A stretch of 64,000 bases of DNA from Mytilus edulis (taxonomy: Eukaryota), in contig NC_092351.1 in assembly GCF_963676685.1 (NCBI RefSeq), positions 60,140,001-60,204,000 of the forward strand. Reading direction: 5' to 3'. Of the stretch, positions 28,697-40,779 are shown piece after piece. A program made the position numbers and the translations under genes. Numbering within the stretch: position 1 is the stretch's first letter; every line of letters begins with the position of its first letter. The notes below the pieces were generated by a model. The model saw nothing but the letters and a program-made list of their open reading frames with translations. It searched no databases and was not told where the DNA came from.

Positions 28697-28841
28697 CAGT
28701 GGCGGGTCCATGGGTGTTCTGGGTATAGGAACCCTTTTTTTTGGAGATCAATGCATTTGAATGGAAATATATAGTTGGAACCCCCTCCTTGTGTCCTGGA
28801 TTGGGAACCCCCCTTTTTTTAAATGGATGGATCCGCCACTG
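28697..28841. mobile_element. Small GC-rich MITE
   Basis: TIRs CAGTGGCGGGTCCA / TGGATCCGCCACTG; abuts the 5' break of the Penelope-like fragment; no TSD. Confidence 0.65.
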
Positions 28842-29029
28842 CCCCTCATGCAGTCGAACAAGATGGACTGATTTTAATAACCTATCTATTAAATGTTATC
28901 ATTTTCTACTTATGTTACTTTAAAAGAAATAACCAAAATCAATAGATGCGTAATCTGTCCATATGTAAGTGTCATATATTACCAAACACAATGATAGTCA
29001 AAGTTTCAACAGGACATTCACGAAACTTA

Positions 29030-29247
29030 GGCAGCAATCATTTCATTTTCAGGGGGGGGGGGCTATGGTTTTTATTTAAAGTTTGTTTCTAATTGTTCTG
29101 CCACTATAGTTAATGCTAAAATTGAAATGAAAGAAAAAAGAAATTTATTTTTTCGACCTGTCTCCAAAAAATATTGTCTTTCGCCGAAGGAAAAAAATCC
29201 ATAGCCTCCCCCCCCCCCCCCCCCCCGAAAATCAAATGTTTGCTGCC
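29030..29247. mobile_element. TTA-TSD MITE (PIF/Harbinger-like)
   Basis: TTA|GGCAGCAATCATTTCATTTTCAGGGGGG ... CCCCCCGAAAATCAAATGTTTGCTGCC|TTA. Confidence 0.8.
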
Positions 29248-31147
29248 TTAGGCATGTGTGGATAACTTTTATTCTTTAATAGTTAGTTTAAATAATTGTA
29301 TATACATTTATTTACATAAATCTCTATGAAACCAGTTTTTGACAACTATTATTATAAAAGTTTAAATCGCCATTCAAAAAGTGTTTTCTTTTTAATTATT
29401 TTAAGTCATTTACGTTCTACTAAATAAATATCTGTTCACGTTGCAATGATCACAAAAAACCAAATATTAGGATTTTTTTCGTGAATTATTTGTCGTAACT
29501 TATTGTAAAAAATTGTATGTGTTCCTGTTTTCTCCTATTTTTCGCACATATACTGTCAGTCGAAATAGAAAGTACAATGATGTATTTTTAGTTTATTCTA
29601 TTTTTAGATCATGTTATTACTACGCATATGGGCACTATTGCCACGATTACCTGAGGGCACCGATTACCTCAGGGCATACAGCAGCGGACCTAACTGCCAT
29701 CTGCTATTTATTAGGACAATGGTGTTTGAGCTAGTTAATGAGACAGTAGATTTCTAGCAATAAGTTTGTAAAATTTAACGCTCTAGCACTGCCGTGTGTG
29801 AAACATTGAGAAGGATTGTTGATGGTTCATCGTGTCTTTTATAGGTGCTAGGATTCTGCGAGCTTTGGTCATCTATATTTGAAAGATGTATATTGTGACA
29901 AGTTACAGGCTATTTTTGTGTTTATTTAAATAGTCGTCAAAAGTGCGTTATAAATAAATGTTAATAATGTGCCTTCGTTGAGGTAAATGATTGTATAATC
30001 AAATGATTTTGATAAAAAAAAAGAACAGATAGATAAGACAAAGTACTACTCAGTAACATCTTTTCGAAATTTTTAGTAATGTACTATGTTTCTTAAATAA
30101 TTCTTTATGCATAAGATTGAAAATGTATCAGGTATTCATATTTACATATTGCCTAGAAATTGTTTTTAGATTATCAAGATCATACCTTCAACAAATCCAC
30201 AAAGGAAACCTGATAGATGTGTATCACCGTGGAAGAAGGTATGGTTAATTTGTCTCTGAATTTATTTCACACAAAGACTGACGTTCCTCAAGAACTTCGT
30301 TTCGAATATTCAGAATCTAGAAGCATTTGCTAACTTTATGATTTATGTCTATTGAGTAACCAGGAACATTTGCACTACTTTCTGGATAGTTAAGACCAGA
30401 AAACAATCCGTAGTATATATTGTGTTAATCAAAGACTAACCTCCTTATAGTATTCACCACAAACTAACATTGGATGTTCATGTTAATAGATCATCTATTT
30501 ATTTACGTTTTTACTATGCTGAGTGTTCCGGCGTTTTATTTTGTGCTATCTTCCTGACACGTAGGGTTGTCCTTTGAGCAGTATTTTAAACATTGCCATA
30601 TAAGCGGGAGGTTTGACTTGCCTTTAAACAAGGTTCAAACGTTTTTTTTTTAAATGTTCAGTACTAAGTCATGACTAAGGCAGGTGTTATCAAATGACCG
30701 TTGTTATGTATGTTAGCGTTTGTGTTTGTTGCAGTTATGTTTTTCTGTTGTGCCGTTGTTTTTTTTAGAACAAACAACAGCAGAAGGTCTTCAATGCAGC
30801 GAGAAATTCAGCTGGCCCTAAACAAATATATATACTAGTTCAGTGATAATGAACGCCATACTTAACTCCAAATTATACACAAGAAACTAAAATTAAAAAT
30901 GATTAAAATTCACGGGTCTACAAGTAGACGAACAGCATAAGATCATGAATAAATAGTTGAAGTATGATTGCCTGTGAGACAACTTTCCACTAGAAATCAA
31001 ATGGTATACAACATGTAGTAGAAGTAGTATACAACTAAAGGTCACCCGTCGGTCTTCAACAATGAGCAAACACACATACCGCATAGCAATAAAAAGGCTC
31101 TGAAAAATGTAAAAGAAATTCTAACGTGTGTTTCATGTCCATGTCTT

Positions 31148-31665
31148 ATATATCATGTACTGACTAAAACTGACGAGGAAAGGTAACACACGGCCACTGA
31201 AAGCTTTATTTTTGTAGAGCCCAGGTGGTCGTGTGGTCTAGCGGGACGGCTGCAGTGCAGGCGATTTGGTGTCACGATATCACAGTAGCATGGGTTCGAA
31301 TCCCGGCGAGGGAAGAACCAAAAAATTTGCGAAAGCAAATTTACAGATCTAACATTGTTAGGTTGATGTTTAGACAAGTTATATATATACATCTTCATGC
31401 CTTATATATCATGTACTGTAGTACGCTGCTAGATTAAAACTGACGTGGAAAGGTAACACATGCCCACCGAAAGCTTTACTTTTGTGAAGCCCAGGTGGTC
31501 GTGTGGTTTAGCGGGACGGCTGCAGTGCAGGTGATTTGGTGTCACGATATAACAGTAGCATGGGTTCGAATCCCGGTGAGGGAAGAACCAAAAATTTGCG
31601 AAAGCAAATTTACAGATCTAACATTGTTGGGTTGATGTTTAGACGAGTTGTATATATATATATAT
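31148..31665 (+). repeat. Tandem dimer (270-bp period) containing a tRNA-like Pol III promoter (A and B boxes)
   Basis: GGTGGTCGTGTGGTCTAGCG (A-box-like) and GGGTTCGAATCCC (B box) at 31219-31312 and 31489-31582; units end in (TA)n; no canonical cloverleaf found by eye. Confidence 0.7.
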
Positions 31666-32466
31666 ACATAGATTAGATCGTTGGTTTTCCCGTTTGCATG
31701 GTTTTACACTAATTTTGGGGATCTTTATAGCTTATTGTTCGGTGTGAGCCAATGCTCTGTGTTGAAGGCTGTACATTGAACTGTAATGGTTTACTTTTAT
31801 AGATTGTTATTTGGATGGAGAGTTGTCTCATTGGCACTCACACCACATCTTCCTATATATAATTTTTAAAAAACTGGTTAAAAGTTAACATTTAAAAGAA
31901 CTAACAATAAAATGAAAAATCTGAAGGGTATGTGTGCTAATTTGTGAAATTAAGCTTTTGAAAATTTGGCGGCAAATAAATATATCTAGAATTTTGGATA
32001 GTAACATAGGCCCCTTTTTTCTTCCAAAAATTTTTTTCAAATCTGGCACAATTTGTAACTACACTTTATGGATAAAAAGAGATGCGGACATCCTAGAGCA
32101 CTCTGTCATTTCGTCTCTGGTAAAATATTGTCTCGTTAGCAGTTATAACACATCTTCTTATTTATACATCCAAATTGAATTATTTGATCTAACAGAATAT
32201 AACACACAAAGCAACGTTTTTGGGGCGATTATTTGCAAGAACATGAAACCAGTTGTGTTTTAAGAGAACGAATAATATGGTATGAAATATTAACCTATTA
32301 TTTGTAACAGTCACACATTTTACTAAGTATTATTTTAATAATCAATAGCGAACATGGAAATGTCAATTTTAACAATACAATTGCACGCAATTTGTCAATT
32401 AAATAAATTTGATTTTTTTTTCTTCCATAAAAAATGATATATCTGCTGCAGTGGTTGGAAGGAAAC

Positions 32467-35400
32467 ATGAAAAAAAGTATGATGATGATTATTTACATCA
32501 TGTTTTTTTGTATTTTTCAGGTTGCAAAATCTGAAAAGCAGAGTTCAGATAATGACAAACATTTCACAGTAACAGTAAACATCCCGAAGACTTTACCTAT
32601 CCTTGGATATGTGTTACAACAAAACTATGATCCTTTGAATAATGCAGATTGGACACGATTTAAGGAACGGATAAACGGGAAGCAACGAAAACTATACAAC
32701 AAAATGGAAGAAGTATTGTCTAATAATAAGGCAATTGAAACAAAAGTGCTGAACACATTTAAAAGTCTTGAGAGAAGAATGCAAACTGTAGAAAAGGAAA
32801 CGTCTAAAATACACCAGCTACAAAAGACAAGTCAAAATACCACCAAGGTCATCGCATCGAGTTTGGATGAAGTTAAATTGACAATCAACGACCTGCAAGT
32901 CAGAATAGCAGAAGGTAATTAGACACAAAGTAAAAGAGAGGCTTAAAATAGTTCCAAATCGAATAATCAATTATAACATATTGTTTTAAATATATGTTTG
33001 TGTGTGCATCGAATTGATGAGTCGAGGCCTCTTCTACTTATTTTGATAGCTTTTTTCTGATGTTGTATTGTTAAATAAAATTGAGAATGGAAATGGGGAA
33101 TGTGTCTTAGAGACAGCAACCCTACCATAGAAAAAACAAGAACAGAAGGTCACCAACAGGTCTTCAATGTAGCAAGAAATTCCCGTACCCGGTGGCGTCC
33201 TTTTACTAGCCCCTAAACAAAAATATACTTGTTCATGATAAAAATTAACGCCATACTAATTTTCAAATTGTACACAAGAAACTAAAATGAAAATAATACA
33301 AGACAGAGGCTGCTGACTTAGGACAGGTGCAAATATGCGGCGGGTTTAAACATGTTTAAGATTCACAACCCTCCCCTATACCTCTAGCCAATGTAGAAAG
33401 GTAAACGCATAACAATACGCACATTTAAAATTCAGTTCAAGAAAAGTCCGAGTCTGATGTCAAAAGATGTTACCAAAGAAAATAAACAAAATGACAATAA
33501 TACATCAATAACAACATACTACTATCAGTTAACTGACATGCCAGCTCCAAACTTCAATTAAACTGATTGAAAGATTATGAATTCATCATATGAATATCCT
33601 TCCCTTTAGGTGTTTAGTATCATACCATCATGAAATTTTTACACAACTGTTACGAATTAGACAAATTGAGCGTATGAGAACATGTTTAAACCGCCCAATT
33701 TTTATGGACCTGTCCTAAGTTAGGAGCCTTTAATTGAGTTTGTGTTGGTTTTTGCTGTTCATCATTTTTCTGTTTCATTCAATGATTCGTACAGTTTGTT
33801 TTTGTGTTGTTTTGTTACTGCACTCTCCGTGGTTTAGACGGGGTGGGGTCGTGTGCTTGCTAACATATATAACTTTTATACCTGTCTGTTTTCATTGTCT
33901 TAAAAAGCACGAAATATTTAGTGTTATTTTCATTTACGACTTATATAGAACGACAAAATATTGTCAACATGTTTTAAATTTCCTGCGTAGATATTTGTTA
34001 AGAAAGTTTAAAGCAAATATTTTTAAGTGTTATTGATAGCATAATGATATGAATAATGAGACATTTATCGAGATTTACGAACAAATGTTAAATTTTCTTT
34101 TTTTAAGAATATGTCGGATGTTTCCAGGACAACGCTTCGGACAGGCATTTTCGACATAGGATACAATCATTTGGTAACAAAATAACACTTGCTTTATGCA
34201 AAAGACATTGTAAAGGTTACAAGTTCACGGGGCTTCAGGTGAGTGAACATTTTGATAAAATAAATAGATAGATTTCGTATGATTGCCAATGAGACAACCT
34301 TCCACTAAAGCCGAATTAGTATAAAATTTTACAACTATAGGTCACCCTACGGTCTACAACGATGAGCAAAAACACATACTGCATAGTAAGTTAGAGAAGG
34401 CTCAATGACACATGTCAAAGATATTCAAACGAGTATAACGACGTCCTGATAAATTTTGAAAACAATAAACAAAACACGAATAATAGTTGTAATAAAATGT
34501 CAGTTCTGGATGTCTCTCTCTTGTAGGTTCCTCGTAAACCACCACTGTATTTTAGAACAAAGCAGGTCACTATAAACATGAGTATGTTTGATCCTAATAT
34601 GCATGACAAATGTTCAACTGAACGTTTGCCACTAATCTCTTAATCCTCATTTATAAATTGTGATATATAAGTTTAAATGATAAGATAGTGATAGTTATTC
34701 TTCTGACAAGACCAGATCGACATGCAGCGATTAAACGGAATAATATAATAGCTGATTTTTATTATTTTATAGGGAGGTAAATTTTGTTTGGGTGGAAATG
34801 ATGTTAACAGTGAAAAGAATTACCATCAACGTTTGCCCGAATCAAGCTGCAGTCTGCAATGTGAAGGCGAACCTACTAGGAACTGCGGTCACCACGGAAT
34901 AAATTCTATATATAGAGGTACGATATCCGAAAAGATACATTAAAGTTCGAGCAACAGTTAACAAACTTTTTAGCAAAAGTTGTGACAAATCCTAGTTACT
35001 AAATCTTGACCATCATAGATAAAACATAAGTTAAAGCCCATGAATATAAAAAATATCAGATCAAAATTAATTTCAAAAACAAGCTTGGTAGAAACTTGAT
35101 CAATATGATTAACTAGATAAACACTGTACAAACGTAAAAAGAGTACTTTGTGGCAAGGCTATAATACTATATGTGTTGTAATTTACTACATTAAAGAGCA
35201 GTTGATAAGTGTAAATGATCATTTGTGAATGGTTGTGTTCTTTATTTGCTGTATTTGATATTAAGACAAGAGGATGTGGCATGATTTTTGATGTAATGAA
35301 ACCTTTAATTTCTAGTTCACAACTATAGCTTCCTCGACGAACAACTCATACCGTAAAGGAAGCTATAATAGGCCACATATTGACAAATGTTAAATATTTG

Positions 35401-35750
35401 AAACGAGTAAACTAACATCCAGATTTATGTACAAAACTAAAAATCAATATGAAGTACGGGAAAAAATACAACCCCTGAATAACAGGCCCCTTACGTGGGA
35501 CAGACATAAACAGAACTTGGATGAGTTTAACATGTTAGGGCTCCTTACTCTCATCGGTTTACATGTACTGTCAGGTATGTTACATTAATGTGATGAAAGC
35601 CATGACTATTTTTTATTTGTATTGCAAAAACTAATAGTGTCACATGAACTGATTCCGTAACCAAATTCCTTTCCCCCGAATTTTAAATTCTACATTTTTT
35701 ATACTGATGAATAACTCTTTTTTTACCCGTCTTTTTTATTTGTAGTTTGA
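32467..35750 (+). CDS. Secreted coiled-coil + WSC domain protein (~242 aa); exons 32467-32914, 34108-34238, 34773-34917, 35746-35750
   Basis: Signal-peptide-like MKKSMMMIIYIMFFCIFQVAKS, then an amphipathic helical region. Then EYVGCFQD...ITLALCKRHCKGYKFTGLQ|GGKFCLGGN...PESSCSLQCEGEPTRNCGHHGINSIYR|V*, which is the WSC consensus (YxGC..C...C..GLQ.G..CxCG..C...C.G....CG....S.Y). Phases 1/0/1 are consistent. The start codon choice is uncertain: an acceptor at 32520 allows an upstream exon instead. Confidence 0.8.
33075..33635 (-). mobile_element. Non-coding 3' fragment of the 26820-27460 element, in intron 1 of the WSC gene
   Basis: Near-colinear match to 26825-27400. Confidence 0.7.
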
Positions 35751-38513
35751 TGCAGAGGAAAATTACTGTTTCAGAAGAAAAAAATCCTGAATAAATTATA
35801 GAATTGATATTTACTTTTTTATTATACTAGTATATGTCATAGATATCTGCTTTATCAAAAGACAAAGATTTGATCTAGACATGAACAGTCTTGCATGTTC
35901 CTGTCGATAGATAATTTCACCAACTGAATTGAATCGGACCACATGCAGATATCAATTGCATGGTAAAAATACCAAAACTCCGACACCAAATAATCTTTAA
36001 GTCAACAAGATTGTATATGAACATCAAAAAGGAAGAAATTATCAAATAAATCTGTTCCTCTGTCCTCAAAAGGCAATGTCTATCTGACTTGATAGCAAAA
36101 TGGAAACTTAAATAAGATAAAGGCGTTTTTTTCTGAAGGCTTTTGAATAAAACACTATTTGCGGGAACAATCGTCTTCATATTAAGGCATCATCATTTTT
36201 TTGTCGAGAAAATAATCAGTTTTTAAAAGGTTGTATCCAAAAACCTGTAAATCCATTGAGAGCCTGTACTATCGACCATAACGATTCTTTTAAAAAAGAG
36301 TTCTTCGATGATTTTAATTGTTTTGTTAATAAAGCTACCTACATCCGAATTAATTTTGAAGATAGCTATAGGTACTTCTACCAAAGTGCATATTTGTTTC
36401 CACATTTAACGGATTTTCAAATCAATTGGCATGTCCATCAATAAAGAGATACTAATGATCGAAATATGCATCTGTTGCAAATAAATTTTACCGTAAGGGT
36501 CATCACTTTATAGAATTTTTTTACACATTACTGTTCAAACCAATCTTCCACATTTGTTATGCCTTGTATGTGACCTTGAGTATATCCCGAAAACAATCAC
36601 AGCTATTTATAATTTTCACATTCTTTTTTTGTTATTGAAAATATGCTGTAGGAGAAATTTGCAGAAGAATAGACGCTAAAAAATAAGGCACTTACATAGT
36701 CTACTCTAATGACAAACCGATAAATATAATTAAGATAGATAACTACTAATTCAGGATCATGGAGAAAGAACAACTCAAGAAATTAGTTCCTATTGCACAT
36801 AAAACTGTCGCTATGAACTATAACTTTACATTGTCTACAGAGTTATACTATTTGATCCTATTTATCGGGTTTTAAAAAAAATGAGCAACAAGACTAGTGC
36901 CACGTATGAAGCAGGATCTGCTTATTTGTTTGGAGGATGGGAATTGACCCCTCCCCCAGTTTTTGGTTGGTTTTTGTTGGTTTAGTGTTGCTTAGTCGTT
37001 ATTGTTCTATTTTGTGTCTGGTGTACTGTTATTTGCTGTTTGTCTTTTTCTTTGTTGGAAAATGCTTTGTCAGTTTATTTTTTATGTATTAGTTTGACTG
37101 TTCCTGTGGCATCATCTTCTGCCCTTTTTTTTAATGGTAATGGAAAGGATTTTTTTTAAATTTTATAGTTAACAAAGGTTGTTAAGATATGCAAGACATT
37201 TCCCCCACACCACATTTTCAATTGTATTACATCATATACAAAAGGATAAAACACAGGTTTCAAAAATAATTTCTTTTATTTAGAACAAACAACACAAGTC
37301 AGTGGGTAGCTGTTTATATAGGGTGGAGATTTAAGAGATCCGCATACAGTAAGAATCTCATAGAACAGTTTACCATCCCGATCATCCATTCTATCAAGAC
37401 ATACGTAAGCAAAAGCAGCTGTATGATCACGAAATCCGGAAGACAAATATTCCTGGTATTCTATATTCCAGCCACTGTAGCAAGTATTTTTTTCCAGGAA
37501 TCATAATAACAGATGAAGCTTGTACCGTTTTGCAGAGAGCACAGGGGATGTTTTCATTAAATGGATCGGAGGCGAAAACGTTAAACTCGTATTCTGCAAC
37601 GTACATACGACCATGTTCTGACCCGCTTGTTTATACATAATTCGAGTGAGGTGGTAAATATTCATAATCAGCTGTAGTGCCTGTTAGAGTATGGTATCCA
37701 ACATTGGCAAAGCCTTTAAAACATAAAATCATATCATTTTTTCAAAATATCAATATAATATTATCAGAATCAAGGAATGATGGTAACAATGCATTATGCA
37801 ACATATACGAACGACTGTTATCATCGCATTTTTCAAAAGAAGAAAAACCTTTGTATTTCACATTTTTGTAAAGTACTCAAAATTTACATATATTAAAAGC
37901 ATTGAACTGCAATGATTTTTCATGTCAAGGCAGAAGTGCTGAGTAGAGACCTGGTAGTTTAGTTTTATGGGACGAAATCGCCGCTACAAGGAATGAAATT
38001 TGCATAGCGGGCAAAATACACTTACCACAGATACTGCAGTGGTGATATACAATTGATCACCAGTCAAACGATTCATTTACAAGTACAAAATAGTAAAAGT
38101 GGCAGTCGAGTTTTTTTTTCCCGAGTTGATAACAGCATAAAAGTTAATAATACTACAATAAGTTCTGTAACACACTATCTACAATAAGAACAACAACTTT
38201 TTCATCAATCATGTACTATTTTTGGAAATCTGGTGTATCTGATGAAGGATAATCCAAGACAGCATTTTATACTCAATAAACTTACTGTTAGCAATATTCT
38301 AAGGTTTTTTTAATATGATAACACAAGGGCTTGCATCATAGTTATTTATTAGTTAGTAAGATATCTCTGTCGACTTGCATGCACTGGAAAACTTTGTTTG
38401 ACTCACAAACATCTATGATTCGTTTCATGACCAGGTGCGTGCGCGGAAGGTTCATTGTTTTACTTTCTCTGTTTTATTGTCATGATAGTATCATTCAACT
38501 GTTAACAAATTAT

Positions 38514-39265
38514 ATTATCCCCGGCTTAGTATATATCTAGGATTTTGATTGGTTAACGCACGTCGTTACAAAACCCATAGCCCCTGGGTGTTGCTAACCC
38601 ATATCCCCGGACGTTGCTAACCATTATCCCGGGGAACTTCACGCAAGTTTTCCTTAGTTCCATGATTGTTCCTTGTGAAATATTGAAATCTGTAGATTAT
38701 CTATGATGTTTGAAATTAAATATTTAATTCATTAACGATTTTGTCCTATTATGCCGATCATTTACACTCATTTCATTAAATGCATCACTTGACTGCCACA
38801 TTTTCAAGGAATGGGACTACTGACATGCTATGCAAATTACCCACGTTGACGTCACACCATCTATGGCGTAACGCTCACAACATTGAGCGCCAAATTTGAC
38901 TCATTCCAGTTTCTCTGTCTCCGTATTAAAAACGTCTTATATTTGACTACCTGTAGGGTTCTACCACAGGTAGAACCCTACACCCTGTAAAAAATATGTA
39001 AAATTTCCAAATTTCAATAAAACTTTTTTAGGTAATGAAAAAAACGTTGTTTTCGCGTTACACTTTGTACCCGAATTTCCATAAAACTCGCCCGATTCGG
39101 ACTAAGACCGGGGATAAATTCGTTATCTACGTTCATATCCGTAGATATGGATATTTTAACACCCTTCAGTACCCTGTACACCCTTCGGCTACGCCTCATG
39201 GTGTACTGGGGTACTTCAGGGTGTTAAAATATCCATATCTACGGATATGAACGTAGATAACTTAT
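38514..39265. mobile_element. Non-autonomous element with asymmetric inverted repeats and a terminal 140-bp hairpin (class uncertain, possibly Crypton-like)
   Basis: TTATCCCCGGCTTAGT (38515-30) pairs with ACTAAGACCGGGGATAA (39101-17). Perfect 44-bp arms at 39122-39165/39218-39261; perfect 14-bp hairpin at 38952-38982. Confidence 0.55.
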
Positions 39266-40222
39266 ATTCAAACACGCCTATTGTCAATATGTCTTAAGAG
39301 TGTTGAATTCGATAGTATGCAAATTAACATCAAATGTAAACTCCAGGAGAAACCTAAATGATGTAACTGGTTAATCTTGGGGTCCCGGCTCACTACTCGA
39401 CAGCAGTACAGACGCTGTAAAAGTTGGTTAATGATGCCTAGCTACAAATGACCAGATAGCAATATAGATACCTACTCTCCCATGTGCCATGCGGGTAAAT
39501 TGAAACCAAACAAATAAACAAGCAGGAAATATGTCGAGTGAAAGATTTACAGTGACAGTTGAGACCAGAATTTTTTTTAAGCTTGTTTAAAAGTGACCAC
39601 ATGTTAAATAAAAATAAATAATATCAAATCAATCTGTTCAAATTGATTACTTTATAAACCAACCTGGAAATGGTTAAACAATTGTAGATTTATCAAAGAA
39701 TTAGTTATGCTTTATAGATTTTTTTCCAACAAAGAAATTATATGTTAATTGTGCTTTTGAAAATTGAAGTAAAAACAAAACTGTCTACCACTGGAATGGC
39801 GACTTTTTCTTTAATTCAAGTCATGATATTTCTTTAAAGCATGTATTTCGAAAAAAATAGACGTCTGTTAATTTTAACCAGAATCAACTTATTATTATTT
39901 GGACATTACTTCTTTTCCAATCTAATATATGTTGTTCTAAAACCTGAAACATGGAACGAAATTACTCTACGTCTCTCCAAAAGAAGACAGACATATGGAT
40001 TGGTTAATTGATTGTGTAAAGATAAGGCAACAGTAGGTAACTGGTGTTCAAAAATCGCAAATCGATAAGAAATACACATATCATGGTAACAAATAAAATT
40101 GCTTCGATATGGTTTGTGTCTTCTTCTTGCATTAAAAGTTCACATTGTTCATACGTATTCAGTCAAACTAAGACAATGATTCAATCTAGAATAGAACACA
40201 ATCGGTATAATTTTAGATCAGA

Positions 40223-40779
40223 TGATTATTCCTTTATCTGAAGACACGGGAACGTGAAAACATGTCGCTATTGAGTTGAGACATAGACAAATCGTACTGG
40301 TCAACCAATTATTGATTTGAACGTAAACCGCATGAATAGCCGATTTCAGTCGTTCTTCCTTATACATGTACATCTGTTGGAGCAATTGTATATAATGAAC
40401 AATTTCTTGTTTAAAGTAACACAAAAAAGAGAGATAAGAGCTTTATATTGACCTATTATGATAGATAAAATATATAAAACGGGATTGAGAGTATGTATTT
40501 TTACACATTATTCTTGTATTTATATGTATGTATGTATGTATGTATGTGTATATATCCCCCCGTTTTTGTTTACTGAACACCCCACGAGAGCTGTGATGGT
40601 ACAGTGGAATCCTTATATACATTATGGGTGTATTTATAAGTATGTATGTGCGCATTTTACAGATCCCTCTCGAGAGTTGCGAGGGTACAGTCGAATACAT
40701 GTAGAGTCCCTATTGAGATCAATGGAGATGTGTCACTAACGTTACAACAATATATACAAGGACAATCCCCACCATAACA
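40223..40779 (-). mobile_element. Possible solo LTR containing a (TATG)n microsatellite
   Basis: TGATTAT...ATAACA ends; flanks caga/cagg could be an imperfect 4-bp TSD. Weak. Confidence 0.25.

Noticed and set aside
30123-30131. ATGTATCAG|GT as alternative first exon of the WSC gene
   Set aside because: Phase-compatible with the acceptor at 32520, but it would remove the signal peptide and has no other support; left unresolved without RNA data.
31219-31312. Functional tRNA gene
   Set aside because: A and B boxes are present, but no acceptor stem or anticodon arm could be folded.
35900-36700. Possible decayed coding sequence on the minus strand
   Set aside because: Only short broken frames with no recognisable motif; a tBLASTx search would be needed.
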